A stretch of 32,000 bases of DNA from an uncultured Erysipelotrichaceae bacterium (GTDB lineage Bacteria > Bacillota_I > Bacilli_A > Erysipelotrichales > Erysipelotrichaceae), in contig OW818653.1 in NCBI GenBank assembly GCA_942492995.1, positions 1,350,001 through 1,382,000 of the forward strand. The letters are read 5' to 3'. How positions within the stretch are numbered: position 1 is the stretch's first letter; the number at the start of each line of letters is the position of its first letter. Of this stretch, positions 16,459-28,309 are shown in pieces. Below the pieces are notes generated by a model. It saw only the letters and a list, made by a program, of their open reading frames with translations. It had not been told where the DNA came from and did no database searches. The position numbers and the translations under genes are program-made.

Positions 16459-17304
16459 TTACTCCAGGTCGCGATGATCCTTAAAACAATGATACTTTTT
16501 ACTATATTCATTGAATAACCAGTTTACGATGGATACCGAACGATGCATACCGCCTGTACATCCAACTCCTACAGTAAAATGGTTCTTACCTTCTTTGATG
16601 TATTGTTTAAATGCGTAATCTAAAAATGGTTTTAGTTTATTGATAAATCGTTTAGTTTCTTTATCGGACATAACATAATCATATACATCTTGATCATTCC
16701 CTGTTTTCGTTCTTAGTTCTTCAACCCAATATGGATTGGTTAAGAAGCGAACATCAAACAAGAGATCTGCGTCCATTGGTAATCCATTTTTATAACCAAA
16801 CGATATAAAACTAATTGAAAATGCGGCACGATTATTAATTGCGAATACTTTATTTAAACGTTGTTTAAGTTCAGTCGCATTAAAGAAACTTGTGTCTACT
16901 ACAAAGCAGTTTTGTTCCTTAAGTTTACTTAAACGTTCACGTTCAATTTGAATTCCATCTTCTAGTGTCGTCGCAATATTCGACAACAACATCGGATGGG
17001 TTCTACGTGTAAATTTGTAGCGTTTTAGAAGTTCTTGATTGCTTGTTTCTAAAATTAGAATCTGTAAATCAATATCTAATACACCTAATGTATTCTTAAA
17101 TTCATTGAAATCCATGAGGTTTGTCGATAATGCGAGGTTTTGAAAACGCGGATCATTTTCTTGAACAATTATTTCCAATAAATTGGGTAATAACTTGACT
17201 GGAAACTGGTCCATACAATGATAGCCCATATCCTCTAGAACTCCCATTGCGGTTGTTTTACCTGCACCTGACATTCCTGTAACTAAGATGATGCGATGTT
17301 TCAT
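16459..17304 (-). CDS. rapZ: RNase adapter / nucleotide-binding protein RapZ (YvcJ)
   Basis: 281 aa. Walker A GMSGAGKT and C-terminal GCTGGMHRSV motif. Confidence 0.92.
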   Translation of the reverse strand: MKHRIILVTGMSGAGKTTAMGVLEDMGYHCMDQFPVKLLPNLLEIIVQENDPRFQNLALSTNLMDFNEFKNTLGVLDIDLQILILETSNQELLKRYKFTRRTHPMLLSNIATTLEDGIQIERERLSKLKEQNCFVVDTSFFNATELKQRLNKVFAINNRAAFSISFISFGYKNGLPMDADLLFDVRFLTNPYWVEELRTKTGNDQDVYDYVMSDKETKRFINKLKPFLDYAFKQYIKEGKNHFTVGVGCTGGMHRSVSIVNWLFNEYSKKYHCFKDHRDLE

Positions 17305-17325
17305 ACACTTTACCTTCTTATATGT

Positions 17326-17354
17326 ATTCTACCACGCATCCGGGTGGTCCTCAA
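17326..17354 (-). promoter_or_regulatory. Promoter for rapZ-yvcK-whiA (extended -10)
   Basis: Minus strand reads TTGAGG, then 17 nt, then TAGAAT. The last three spacer nt, TGg, form an extended -10 (TGgTAGAAT). It lies 21 nt upstream of the rapZ ATG. Confidence 0.55.
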
Positions 17355-17426
17355 CCTTTCTATTAAATTTAGATTGAAATCCATGTAAAATAGGCGTAAA
17401 GTAATTTAGGTTAGTGGAGGTTATGT

Positions 17427-18182
17427 ATGTCAATCAATATCGGATTAAGAACAATTAAAACTGCGCTTGCGGTTACGATTTCAATCTTATTGTCACAATT
17501 ACTTAAGTTAGAATTTCCGTATTTCGTTGCGATGACCGCAATTATTTCTATGGATCGGACTGCTCGTTTATCCATAAACATGGGTCGCAATCGTGTTATT
17601 GGTACATTTATTGGTGGGTTGATTGGTATCTTGTTTGCGACAATTGACCAAGGTAATCCGTTCTTAGCTGGATTGGGTATTCTATTAATCATATTAATAA
17701 GTAACTACCTAAAATTACCTGGTTCTATTACAGTTGGTAGCTTTGTGTGTGTTGCGATTATGGTTCACATACCCGCAAATATTACTCCATTATTTTATGG
17801 TTTACATCGTACGTTCGATTCATTATTTGGCGCATTAATTGCGTTTGTGATTAATCTCAGTGTTATGCCTGGTTATTCTGTTAAACGTTTAGATGAGAAA
17901 TTAGTTAAATTCTATCCGGTCTTAGAAAATACATTAATCCAGTTTGACACAATCAAATTGAATGATTTTTTACAAATAAATACGAAGTTTAATGAATTAA
18001 TGGAAGAAGCTTTGTTATATAAGGATGATGTTATATCTAAACATAGTCATGAACTATTAAATGATCATTTATCAAACTTAAAAACATATATCATCCCATT
18101 AAAAAAGCTTGAGTTATATCTTACCGTTAATGAAGACGAACTCAAACTTATGTTACATAATCAATTTAATCAAACTCTTTAA
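17427..18182 (+). CDS. Aromatic acid exporter (ArAE/FUSC-like) family membrane protein
   Basis: 251 aa. The N-terminus IGLRTIKTALAVTISILLSQLL, four TM segments and a helical cytoplasmic tail are typical of the YgaE/ArAE_1 family. GGAGG Shine-Dalgarno 6 nt upstream. Confidence 0.7.
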   Translation: MSINIGLRTIKTALAVTISILLSQLLKLEFPYFVAMTAIISMDRTARLSINMGRNRVIGTFIGGLIGILFATIDQGNPFLAGLGILLIILISNYLKLPGSITVGSFVCVAIMVHIPANITPLFYGLHRTFDSLFGALIAFVINLSVMPGYSVKRLDEKLVKFYPVLENTLIQFDTIKLNDFLQINTKFNELMEEALLYKDDVISKHSHELLNDHLSNLKTYIIPLKKLELYLTVNEDELKLMLHNQFNQTL

Positions 18183-19086
18183 TATAATGGAATGCGACTT
18201 GAGCGGCGATTGCCCCATCATTTACAGCAGTCACAATTTGTCTTAATGGTTTAACTACAACGTCCCCGGCCCCATAAATGCCTGGGATTTTTGTTTCCAT
18301 CTTTTCGTTCACAATCATATACCCTTCATGATCCGTGATTCCTAATGTACTAACACATTGGGTCGATGGTTTTGCGCCGATGTAAGGAAATATTCCGTCA
18401 CATGGTACAACAGTTTCTGATTTATCTAATACACTTTGGATTTTTAATCCTGTAACTTTTACGCCATGAAGTACTTCTACTGGGATATGGTTACGGATAA
18501 CCTTAATCTTAGGATTCGCAAGCGCTCTTTCTTGTGCTTGAATATCACCTCTAAATACATCACGTCGAATGACGATTGTGACTTGTTTTGCGAATTGAGT
18601 TAAGTATAACGCTTCTTCTAATGCGGAGTTTCCTCCACCGATTACTACAACTTCTTTCTCTTTATAGAAAGCTCCATCACAGACAGCACAGAAGCTAACA
18701 CCTTTACCAACCATTGGATCTTCACCTGGAATATTCATCATATTCTCGATGGTTCCAGATGCGAGGATTACAGCTTTTGTATGAAATACATGACCATCTT
18801 CACACTTTAATTGTTTAACACGTTCATTTACAATTTCTAATACATTAGTGTATTCAGTTTGTACTTCTAATTGAGTTGTATGTTCATACATCTTCATCGC
18901 AAGTGATACACCACTAATATTAGGTTCGCCTGGCCAGTTATCAATTTCAAATGTTTTAACAAGCTTTCCACCAGGTGCACTGCCTTCAAATAAGATGACA
19001 TCCAACCCTGCACGTTTTGCGTAGATTGCGGCTGTCATTCCAGCTGGACCTGACCCAATAATTGCTAAGTCAAAGATCTTGTCCAT
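18166..19086 (-). CDS. trxB: Thioredoxin-disulfide reductase
   Basis: 306 aa. FAD motif IIGSGPAG, redox-active CAVCDG, and NADPH motif VIGGGNSA. Confidence 0.94.
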   Translation of the reverse strand: MDKIFDLAIIGSGPAGMTAAIYAKRAGLDVILFEGSAPGGKLVKTFEIDNWPGEPNISGVSLAMKMYEHTTQLEVQTEYTNVLEIVNERVKQLKCEDGHVFHTKAVILASGTIENMMNIPGEDPMVGKGVSFCAVCDGAFYKEKEVVVIGGGNSALEEALYLTQFAKQVTIVIRRDVFRGDIQAQERALANPKIKVIRNHIPVEVLHGVKVTGLKIQSVLDKSETVVPCDGIFPYIGAKPSTQCVSTLGITDHEGYMIVNEKMETKIPGIYGAGDVVVKPLRQIVTAVNDGAIAAQVAFHYIKEFD

Positions 19087-20519
19087 ATTTGGTTCCTTTT
19101 GAGTATTTCTTTTATTTCTAATAAGTCTTCTACGGTTGCGTTTGGTTTCGCAGCCATAATCGCATCTCTACGTTCTGGATGAGTTAAATACGCAATTGAA
19201 TATAAACCTGCATTGTTAGACGCAAGAATATCAGTACTCGTATCTCCTACATACACACAGTTATCGTGATCAATCCCTAATGCTTTACATGCGTTGAATA
19301 TTCCTTCTGGACTTGGTTTATGTTGTTTAACTTCATCGTATCCAATAATCACATCAAATTGATTTTCTAATCCAATTAGTTGTACACCATACTCAACCAT
19401 TTCTTTTTTCTTGGATGAAACGAGTCCCAATGTATAACCATCAGCTTTTAAATCTTTTATTAGCTCTACCGCATTTGGCATTGGTTTAATTAATTGAGGA
19501 TGAAGTTCTTTATTGTTTTCACGATAAATCTTAATTCCTTCTTCAATCTCAGATTCATTTAAGTAACGTGCAAGTATTGTATTAAGTGTAGGACCTAAGA
19601 ATGATATTTCATCATCTCTAGAGATTTGCACTTCAGGTCTAAAATGTTTAATTGTATGTTTCATGGATTCAATAATTAAAGGTTCAGTATCGCCAAGTGT
19701 TCCATCAAAGTCAAAGAGTAACACTGGCTTCTTTTTCTTCATGAATCGATCATAAACACCTAATTTACCTAGTAATCCAACTAGAATAAATACGATAGAT
19801 GTTAACTGAGCCATTCTAAAGCCCATAAACATTAAACTATCGGTTCTTAATCCTTCGACCCAGAAACGTGTAACGCCATACCACATTAGGTATGCATACA
19901 TTAAATCACCACGACGATTGTCAGAGAAACGTTTCAAGACATATACAATTAAGATAAATCCTACGATATTTAATACACTTTCATATAAGAATGTTGGTTC
20001 ACGATAAGCACCACCAATTAACATATTATTCTTAATAAACGCTGGAAATAGATTAAAGTATGCTTCATCCACGATTTTTCCATACGCTTCTTGATTCATG
20101 AAATTACCCCAACGACCAATTGCTTGAGCAATTAGAATATTAGGCACAATCGCATCCGCAAATCGCATAAAGCTGATTCCTTTACGTTTTAAGAAGAAGA
20201 ACGCAAACAGTGCTCCAAGTAATAAACCCCCTTGAATCGCCATACCGCCCTGCCATGTCATTAGAATTGATATCGGATTCGCAATGTATGTTTGTAAGTC
20301 ATAGAATAAGACATACCATAAACGTGCCCCAACTATTCCAGAAACTAAGCTACCAAAAAACAAGTCATCAATCATTCCTGATGGATAACCTAATTTTTGA
20401 AGGTTTTTTGTACATACATAGAAAGCGCTAAATGCACCAATTAAGATTAATACCGCATACCATTTGATACTGATTGTCCCAATATCCACAAAACTTGATA
20501 AATCTTTAAAAAACACCAT
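19065..20519 (-). CDS. lgt: Fusion protein: prolipoprotein diacylglyceryl transferase (Lgt) plus a C-terminal HAD-family phosphatase (PpaX-like)
   Basis: 484 aa in one ORF. The N-terminal ~260 aa are polytopic and carry the Lgt signature GRWGNFMNQEAYG. The C-terminal ~220 aa carry HAD motifs: LLFDFDGTLGDT, GLVSSK, KPSPEG and YVGDTSTDI. Confidence 0.88.
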   Translation of the reverse strand: MVFFKDLSSFVDIGTISIKWYAVLILIGAFSAFYVCTKNLQKLGYPSGMIDDLFFGSLVSGIVGARLWYVLFYDLQTYIANPISILMTWQGGMAIQGGLLLGALFAFFFLKRKGISFMRFADAIVPNILIAQAIGRWGNFMNQEAYGKIVDEAYFNLFPAFIKNNMLIGGAYREPTFLYESVLNIVGFILIVYVLKRFSDNRRGDLMYAYLMWYGVTRFWVEGLRTDSLMFMGFRMAQLTSIVFILVGLLGKLGVYDRFMKKKKPVLLFDFDGTLGDTEPLIIESMKHTIKHFRPEVQISRDDEISFLGPTLNTILARYLNESEIEEGIKIYRENNKELHPQLIKPMPNAVELIKDLKADGYTLGLVSSKKKEMVEYGVQLIGLENQFDVIIGYDEVKQHKPSPEGIFNACKALGIDHDNCVYVGDTSTDILASNNAGLYSIAYLTHPERRDAIMAAKPNATVEDLLEIKEILKRNQIWTRSLT

Positions 20520-20521
20520 GT

Positions 20522-21463
20522 TTACTCCTCATTTTGATTCTTTATAAAATCATAAACTCTTTTTTCAAATTCTTTAGCACTATTAATACCACGTTGTTTA
20601 AGGTTGAAGTTTGTAACTGCAGATTCAACTAATACCGCAATATTTCGTCCATCACGGACAGGAATAATCGATTTAGGAATATCCAATCCTAATATTTTTT
20701 CTGTTACTTCTTCTTCAATCCCTACTCGTTCATATTGTTTATGATCATCCCATTTTTCTAGATGGATAATGAAATCAACTTCAATATTATCTAAGTGAGA
20801 ACTTGCCCCAAACATACGTGCGACATCAATAATCCCGATACCACGTATTTCTAACATCCCTTTTAATAGTTCAGGTGCTCTACCGAAAATTGTATTATGA
20901 ACACGATTCACATCAACGCGATCATCCGCAACCAATACATGTCCACGACGAACAAGTTCAAGTGCAGTTTCACTCTTACCGACACCGGAATCCCCCATAA
21001 TAATAACGCCTTTTCCATAGATGCTTAGAAGAACGCCATGTATATTATCGGTTGGCGAGAGCTTTTCATCAAGATAACTGACCACATCGACCATTAATCG
21101 ATACGTTGGTTGGTCAGACACAAAGATTGGGAAGTTCTTTCGTTCCGCAATATCTTTCAATAGTGTTGGACATTCCATGTTCTTAGAAATGATAATTGCT
21201 GGACTATACTCATCGGTTAAACGTTCTAAACGTTCCGCAAGTAGAGTTTCATCCAATTGTGCAATGTAAGACATTTCTTTTGTGCCTAAGATAATAATTC
21301 TTCGTGGTTCAGAGTGTTCAAAATAACCGGTTAACTCTAAACCAGGTCGATTAATATCGGGTACAATTGCCCATCGATTCAATGCCTCTTCGTTGCCTGT
21401 AATTTGGGTTAGATTAAAGAACTTCTTAAAGTCTGAAATCTTCGCCTTGCGTTCAAAATCCAT
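20522..21463 (-). CDS. hprK: HPr kinase/phosphorylase
   Basis: 313 aa. Walker A GDSGVGKSE and the signature EIRGIGIIDV. Confidence 0.95.
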   Translation of the reverse strand: MDFERKAKISDFKKFFNLTQITGNEEALNRWAIVPDINRPGLELTGYFEHSEPRRIIILGTKEMSYIAQLDETLLAERLERLTDEYSPAIIISKNMECPTLLKDIAERKNFPIFVSDQPTYRLMVDVVSYLDEKLSPTDNIHGVLLSIYGKGVIIMGDSGVGKSETALELVRRGHVLVADDRVDVNRVHNTIFGRAPELLKGMLEIRGIGIIDVARMFGASSHLDNIEVDFIIHLEKWDDHKQYERVGIEEEVTEKILGLDIPKSIIPVRDGRNIAVLVESAVTNFNLKQRGINSAKEFEKRVYDFIKNQNEE

Positions 21464-21465
21464 AG

Positions 21466-24291
21466 TTACCTCTTTTCAAAGAGATGGGATAAGTATTGAC
21501 CGGTATAACTCTTAGGGTTTTTCGCTAGGAGTTCTGGTGTTGTGGCTTGGATAAGCATTCCACCTTCATCTCCACCTTCAGGGCCAAGATCAATCACAAA
21601 ATCCGCATTCTTTATAATATCTAAATTATGTTCAATTACGATGACTGTATCGCCGTTATCCACAATTCGTTGTAAGACTGTAATAAGTTTACCTACATCA
21701 TAGGAATGTAATCCTGTTGTTGGTTCATCTAAGATAAATAATGTTTTACCAGTAGCCTTACGTTGTAGTTCACTTGCTAATTTAACACGTTGTGCTTCAC
21801 CACCGGAAAGTGTTGTCGCAGATTGTCCTAATTTAATATAGTTTAATCCTACATCCGATAAGGTTTGAAGACGATGCTTAATCTTATGGATATTCGCAAA
21901 GAATTCTAAGCCTTCTTCTACTGTCATCTCTAAGATATCATAGATTGACTTCCCTTTAAATGTGACTTGTAGAGTTTCGTCATTGTATCGTTTACCTTCA
22001 CACTCTTCACATGGTACGTAGACATCTGGTAAGAAGTGCATGGAGATACGTTTAACGCCATCCCCTTGGCACATTTCACAACGTCCACCTTTAACATTGA
22101 ACGAGAAACGGCCTTTATCATAACCACGTCCTTTTGCCTCAGGTGTTAATGCGAATAAATCACGGATATCATCAAAGACACCGGTGTAGGTGACTGGATT
22201 TGAACGAGGTGTACGTCCAATAGGGTCTTGATCAATTTCAATCATCTTATCGATGAATTCTAATCCTTCAATCGCCTTGGCTTTACCTGGTTTAATCTTT
22301 TGTCTACCTAAACGATGCGCTAGTGTACGTCCTAATACTTCATTTACGAGCGTCGATTTACCACTACCACTTACACCTGTCACAACCGTTAATGTGCCAA
22401 GCGGAATCTTAACACTAACTTTCTTTAAGTTATTTTCATACGCGTCGATAATATGGATAAATTCGCCATTCCCTTTGCGTCGTTTATCAGGATATGGATT
22501 AACTAATTGACCGGATAAATATTGACCTGTAATAGATGTAGGATGATCAATGATTTCTTGTGGTGTCCCCATTGCGACAACTTCTCCACCATGAATTCCA
22601 GCTCCTGGGCCAATATCAATAATGTAGTCGCTTGCCATCATCGTTTCTTCATCATGTTCGACAACGATTAATGTATTCCCTAAATCACGCATGTTCTTTA
22701 AGGTGTTGATAAGTTTCATATTATCGCGTTGATGTAGACCAATGGATGGTTCATCTAGAACATATAAAACTCCAGTTAAACGAGATCCTATCTGTGTAGC
22801 CAATCGAATGCGTTGTGCTTCACCACCCGATAGTGATCCTGCAATACGATCAAGTGTTAAATAATCTAATCCAACATCTTTTAAGAACGTTAAACGTTCA
22901 TTGATTTCTTTAACGACTAAATGCGCAATTTCCTTTTGCATAGGCTTAAGTTCAATACCACTCATATAAACAAGTGCTTGTTTAACACTCATTTGTGTCC
23001 ATTGTTGGATATTCTTAGGTCCAACGCGTACACTCAATGCCATCGGATTTAAGCGTAATCCATTACATGTTGGACATACACTGTCAGTCATAAAGGATTG
23101 GTACCACTCACGTGCCATTGGAGATGATGTCTCCACAAAACGTCTTTCGATCATTTCTTTAACACCTTCAATACGATCAAACTTGGAATACTTATTTCCA
23201 GAACGTGTTTCAATAGTATAACGAATTGCTTCTTTTGAACCATTGAGTACGATATCAAGTTGTTCCTTCGTGAAGTCCTTTATTGGAGTCTTCATTGGAA
23301 TTTTATAATGATCACATAGTGTTTTAAAGTTTTGCCACTCAATATTTTCTGTATCTAAAATGTTTTTATAATAAACAATCCCACCTTGTAAGATGGATTT
23401 ATTACGATCTGGAATTAAGAAATCCACATCAACCATTTGAATCATCCCTAAACCTTTACAGGTTTCACAGGCACCTAATGGAGAGTTAAAACTGAATAAT
23501 CGTGGTTGTAGTTCTGCGACAGAGAAACCGCATTTTGGACAAGCATAATTCGCAGAGAAAAGAACTTCTTCGTTCTTAGTAATCGCTAAGGCTAATCCAT
23601 CTGCTTTTTTAAGCGCTATTTCTAATGAATCTTGAATACGACCATTACTATCATCTTGTTTAATAATACGATCCACAACTAAATCAATATCATGTCGTTT
23701 ATTCTTATCTAATTTAATCTCATCTTCAAGTAGAACGAGTTCACCATCAACACGTACACGGATAAATCCATCTTTACGTAGTTTCTCGAATAAATCTTTG
23801 TGTGTACCTTTTTCACGTCTTAAAATTGGCGCTAATATCTGAACACGTGTGCCATTCTCTTCACGCATAACACGTTCAACCATCTGTTTAATCGTTTGCG
23901 CCACAATTGGTTCATTGTGATTAGGACAAAACGGTGTACCTACACGAGCATACATTAAACGTAAGTAATCATAAATTTCAGTCACAGTCCCGACTGTTGA
24001 TCGAGGATTGTTGGAAGTGGTTTTTTGGTCAATCGCTATACTTGGGGATAAACCTTCGATTAAATCGACATCTGGCTTTTCTGTATTCCCAAGGAATTGG
24101 CGTGCGTACGCACTTAAAGATTCCACATAGCGTCTTTGTCCTTCCGCATATATCGTATCAAACGCAAGTGATGTCTTACCAGAACCTGAGAGTCCTGTCA
24201 TAATTACCAATTGGTCACGTGGAATTTTTAAATCAATGTTTTTGAGGTTGTTTACACGAGCCCCTTTTATTTCTATAAAGTCTTTTTGCAT
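21466..24291 (-). CDS. uvrA: Excinuclease ABC subunit A
   Basis: 941 aa. Two ABC ATPase modules ([14 protein letters not shown] and [11 protein letters not shown]; LSGGE twice) and Zn-finger Cys clusters. Confidence 0.97.
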   Translation of the reverse strand: MQKDFIEIKGARVNNLKNIDLKIPRDQLVIMTGLSGSGKTSLAFDTIYAEGQRRYVESLSAYARQFLGNTEKPDVDLIEGLSPSIAIDQKTTSNNPRSTVGTVTEIYDYLRLMYARVGTPFCPNHNEPIVAQTIKQMVERVMREENGTRVQILAPILRREKGTHKDLFEKLRKDGFIRVRVDGELVLLEDEIKLDKNKRHDIDLVVDRIIKQDDSNGRIQDSLEIALKKADGLALAITKNEEVLFSANYACPKCGFSVAELQPRLFSFNSPLGACETCKGLGMIQMVDVDFLIPDRNKSILQGGIVYYKNILDTENIEWQNFKTLCDHYKIPMKTPIKDFTKEQLDIVLNGSKEAIRYTIETRSGNKYSKFDRIEGVKEMIERRFVETSSPMAREWYQSFMTDSVCPTCNGLRLNPMALSVRVGPKNIQQWTQMSVKQALVYMSGIELKPMQKEIAHLVVKEINERLTFLKDVGLDYLTLDRIAGSLSGGEAQRIRLATQIGSRLTGVLYVLDEPSIGLHQRDNMKLINTLKNMRDLGNTLIVVEHDEETMMASDYIIDIGPGAGIHGGEVVAMGTPQEIIDHPTSITGQYLSGQLVNPYPDKRRKGNGEFIHIIDAYENNLKKVSVKIPLGTLTVVTGVSGSGKSTLVNEVLGRTLAHRLGRQKIKPGKAKAIEGLEFIDKMIEIDQDPIGRTPRSNPVTYTGVFDDIRDLFALTPEAKGRGYDKGRFSFNVKGGRCEMCQGDGVKRISMHFLPDVYVPCEECEGKRYNDETLQVTFKGKSIYDILEMTVEEGLEFFANIHKIKHRLQTLSDVGLNYIKLGQSATTLSGGEAQRVKLASELQRKATGKTLFILDEPTTGLHSYDVGKLITVLQRIVDNGDTVIVIEHNLDIIKNADFVIDLGPEGGDEGGMLIQATTPELLAKNPKSYTGQYLSHLFEKR

Positions 24292-24344
24292 ATGTATTAT
24301 TATACACCAGAGTAAAAGATTATCGCAGATTTCGACTCTCTAAA

Positions 24345-24373
24345 TTGACTCATGTCCATTTTTTTGACATAAT
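24345..24373 (+). promoter_or_regulatory. Sigma-A type promoter for the GtrA-like gene
   Basis: TTGACT, then 17 nt, then CATAAT, 21 nt upstream of the ATG. An AGAGGTGA Shine-Dalgarno follows. Confidence 0.5.
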
Positions 24374-24394
24374 GCAAGAGGTGAAAAAAATACA

Positions 24395-24784
24395 ATGAAA
24401 AAATTAATTGCACAACTTATGAAGTTTGTCGTAGTTGGCGGATTATCCTTCGTCCTCGACTTTATTATTTATTATGTTTTAACAAATTTCTTTTCTGTCT
24501 ATTACTTAGTAGCTGGGTTCTTCTCATTTAGTTTATCGTTAATCTTTAATTACTTAATGAGTATGAAGTTTGTGTTTAAATCAAAAGATGATTTAAAGAA
24601 AACACATGAATTCGCAATATTCGTAACCTTAAGTGTAATGGGTTTAGGACTAAACTTATTAAGTTTATACATATTAGTCGATCTATTTAAAATGAATGAT
24701 TTGATTGCGAAAGTGTTCGTAGCTGGTATTGTGATGATATTCAACTTCGTAACACGTAAAATATTCCTTGAACAAAAATCTTAA
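24395..24784 (+). CDS. GtrA-like family membrane protein
   Basis: 129 aa with four TM helices. The N-terminal KFVVVGGLSFVLDF and C-terminal FNFVTRKIF are typical of GtrA (PF04138-like). Confidence 0.8.
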   Translation: MKKLIAQLMKFVVVGGLSFVLDFIIYYVLTNFFSVYYLVAGFFSFSLSLIFNYLMSMKFVFKSKDDLKKTHEFAIFVTLSVMGLGLNLLSLYILVDLFKMNDLIAKVFVAGIVMIFNFVTRKIFLEQKS

Positions 24785-24838
24785 TATAAATTACTTATTC
24801 ATTAAGCAATTAATCGTATTATCAAAAATATCCAAAGT

Positions 24839-24863
24839 AAAAGTCTGTTATTAACAGACTTTT
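24839..24863. terminator. Bidirectional terminator hairpin between the GtrA-like and GH1 genes
   Basis: AAAAGTCTGTT-att-AACAGACTTTT. The 11-bp perfect stem carries its own A/T runs. Confidence 0.65.
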
Positions 24864-24867
24864 GTGT

Positions 24868-26316
<1,449 letters not shown>

Positions 26317-26335
26317 TCATCTTCCTCCTTTATGT

Positions 26336-28309
26336 TTACGAACTCTTTAGTTCAAGTACGATATCACGTAATTCTGCAGCTCTTTCAAAATCCAATACGC
26401 GTGCTGCTTCATGCATTTCTTTTTCAAGCGATAAGATAAGTTCTTCTTGCGCTTTACGATCAAATTTCTGACGTTTAGTAAGATATTCTTTCGCCATTTT
26501 CTGTGTTTCTTTACCACGAATGACATCATGAATTTCTTTGATGATTGTGGTAGGTGTAATATTGTGTTCAATGTTATATGCGATTTGGATATCACGACGA
26601 CGATTCGTTTCTTCAATTGCTTTCGTCATTGAATCGGTCATTCTATCCGCATAGAGAATTACTTCCCCATTGGAGTTACGTGCTGCACGTCCAATCGTTT
26701 GGATGAGTGAGCGATGTGAACGTAAGAAGCCTTCTTTATCCGCATCTAAGATACATACCAATGATACTTCAGGTAAGTCTAAACCTTCTCTAAGAAGGTT
26801 AATCCCTACAAGTACATCGTATTTACCACGACGTAAATCACGAAGTATTTCGATACGTTCGAATGTTAGAACTTCATGATGTAAGAAGACAACTTTTAAA
26901 TCAATACGTTTTAAGTATGCCGTTAACTCTTCTGCCATCTTAACTGTAAGTGTTGTGATAAGTGTGCGTTCATTACGCGCAATACGAACATTAATCTCAT
27001 GGATAATATCATCAATTTGTCCCTGACTTGGACGTATTGTGATCTTTGGATCTAATAATCCGGTTGGACGAATAATCTGTTGTACAACTTCATGATTGAC
27101 TTGATCAAGTTCATAATCACCAGGTGTTGCGGAAACATAGATAACTTGATTGATAATTTTCTCGAATTCATCAAATCGCATTGGTCTATTTTCTAACGCA
27201 CTTGGTAATCTAAATCCATATTTAACCAATGTTTCTTTACGAGCACGATCCCCATTAAACATTCCTCTACTTTGTGGAATACTCACATGGGATTCATCGA
27301 TTACAAGTAAATAGTCTTTCGGGAAGTAATCGAGTAAGTTGAATGGTCTCTGACCTGGTTGTCTACCATCAATGTGCATGGAATAGTTTTCTATCCCAGA
27401 ACACATACCAAGTTCTCTTAGTGCTTCTAAGTCGTAGAGGGTACGTTGTTCAAGACGTTGTTTCTCAACAAGTTTATTTTCACTTTCAAGTTCATTTAAA
27501 CGTTGATGTAATTCACGTTCTATTTTGTCACATGCAACACGCATTTGTTCCTTAGAACGCGTATATTCATTGGCTGGGAAGATGTTATATACGGAATACG
27601 CATTTAGTATTTTCCCGCTTACACGATCAACTTCTGTTATGCGTTCGACAATATTGTCAAATAGTTCAATTCTTAAATTGAATTGATCGGTATATCCGAG
27701 TGATACTTCAATACTATCTCCAACAACTCTGAATGTTCCTCGTTTGAGTTCCATATCATTTCGTGCATATTGACGTTCTACCAATTTACGAATTAAATCT
27801 TTTCGATCAATCGTTTCATTTTGATGAAGTGAAAAGAACAATTCACGATACAGACTTGGATCACTTGACGCATAGATACATGCGACTGATGCGACTACAA
27901 TTGTATCTCTTCTTTCTAATACTGCGTTTAATGAAGACATTCTTAACATATCTAATTCTTCATTAATCATCGCAGTCTTTTCAATGTATGTATCTGATTT
28001 AGGAATATACGCTTCTGGTTGATAATAATCAAAGTTAGAAACGAAATATTCAACGCGATTATTAGGAAACAGTTCTTTGAATTCAGAATATAGTTGTCCG
28101 GCTAATGTTTTATTGTGTACAAACACTAATGTTGGTTTATTAACTTGAGCGATAACATGTGAAATTGTAAATGTCTTACCAGTTCCAGTTGCGCCAAGTA
28201 AAACCTGTGCTCGTTTATTTTCATTTAAGCCTTTAACTAATTCTATTATTGCGGCTGGTTGATCACCCGTCGGTTTGAATGGTGAAACCAATTCAAATTT
28301 ATTAGTCAT
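26336..28309 (-). CDS. uvrB: Excinuclease ABC subunit B
   Basis: 657 aa. Walker [13 protein letters not shown] box, and the C-terminal UVR domain (FERAAELRD). Confidence 0.97.
   Translation of the reverse strand: MTNKFELVSPFKPTGDQPAAIIELVKGLNENKRAQVLLGATGTGKTFTISHVIAQVNKPTLVFVHNKTLAGQLYSEFKELFPNNRVEYFVSNFDYYQPEAYIPKSDTYIEKTAMINEELDMLRMSSLNAVLERRDTIVVASVACIYASSDPSLYRELFFSLHQNETIDRKDLIRKLVERQYARNDMELKRGTFRVVGDSIEVSLGYTDQFNLRIELFDNIVERITEVDRVSGKILNAYSVYNIFPANEYTRSKEQMRVACDKIERELHQRLNELESENKLVEKQRLEQRTLYDLEALRELGMCSGIENYSMHIDGRQPGQRPFNLLDYFPKDYLLVIDESHVSIPQSRGMFNGDRARKETLVKYGFRLPSALENRPMRFDEFEKIINQVIYVSATPGDYELDQVNHEVVQQIIRPTGLLDPKITIRPSQGQIDDIIHEINVRIARNERTLITTLTVKMAEELTAYLKRIDLKVVFLHHEVLTFERIEILRDLRRGKYDVLVGINLLREGLDLPEVSLVCILDADKEGFLRSHRSLIQTIGRAARNSNGEVILYADRMTDSMTKAIEETNRRRDIQIAYNIEHNITPTTIIKEIHDVIRGKETQKMAKEYLTKRQKFDRKAQEELILSLEKEMHEAARVLDFERAAELRDIVLELKSS

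Noticed and set aside
17331-17354. GGGTGGT, a partial match to the T-box core, within an ACCAC-gcatccgg-GTGGT inverted repeat in the rapZ/exporter divergent region.
   Set aside because: Only 7 nt match. There is no downstream terminator/antiterminator pair. The sequence forms the 17-nt spacer between the TTGAGG -35 and the TAGAAT -10 of the better-supported rapZ promoter.
24292-24394. Search for a LexA Cheo box (GAAC-N4-GTTC) upstream of uvrA.
   Set aside because: No match. The closest is CGAAATCTGCGAT, which has too many mismatches. The absence is noted under the uvrA finding rather than called as a site.
26347-26616. A Lys-rich 89-aa minus-strand ORF, and the other nested ORFs listed inside uvrB, uvrA, cysS, trxB and the peptidase genes (for example 21930..22127, 7585..7968, 17411..17692, 9917..10192).
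   Set aside because: All are out-of-frame or antisense shadows within well-supported conserved genes of an AT-rich genome. None has a Shine-Dalgarno or recognisable motifs.
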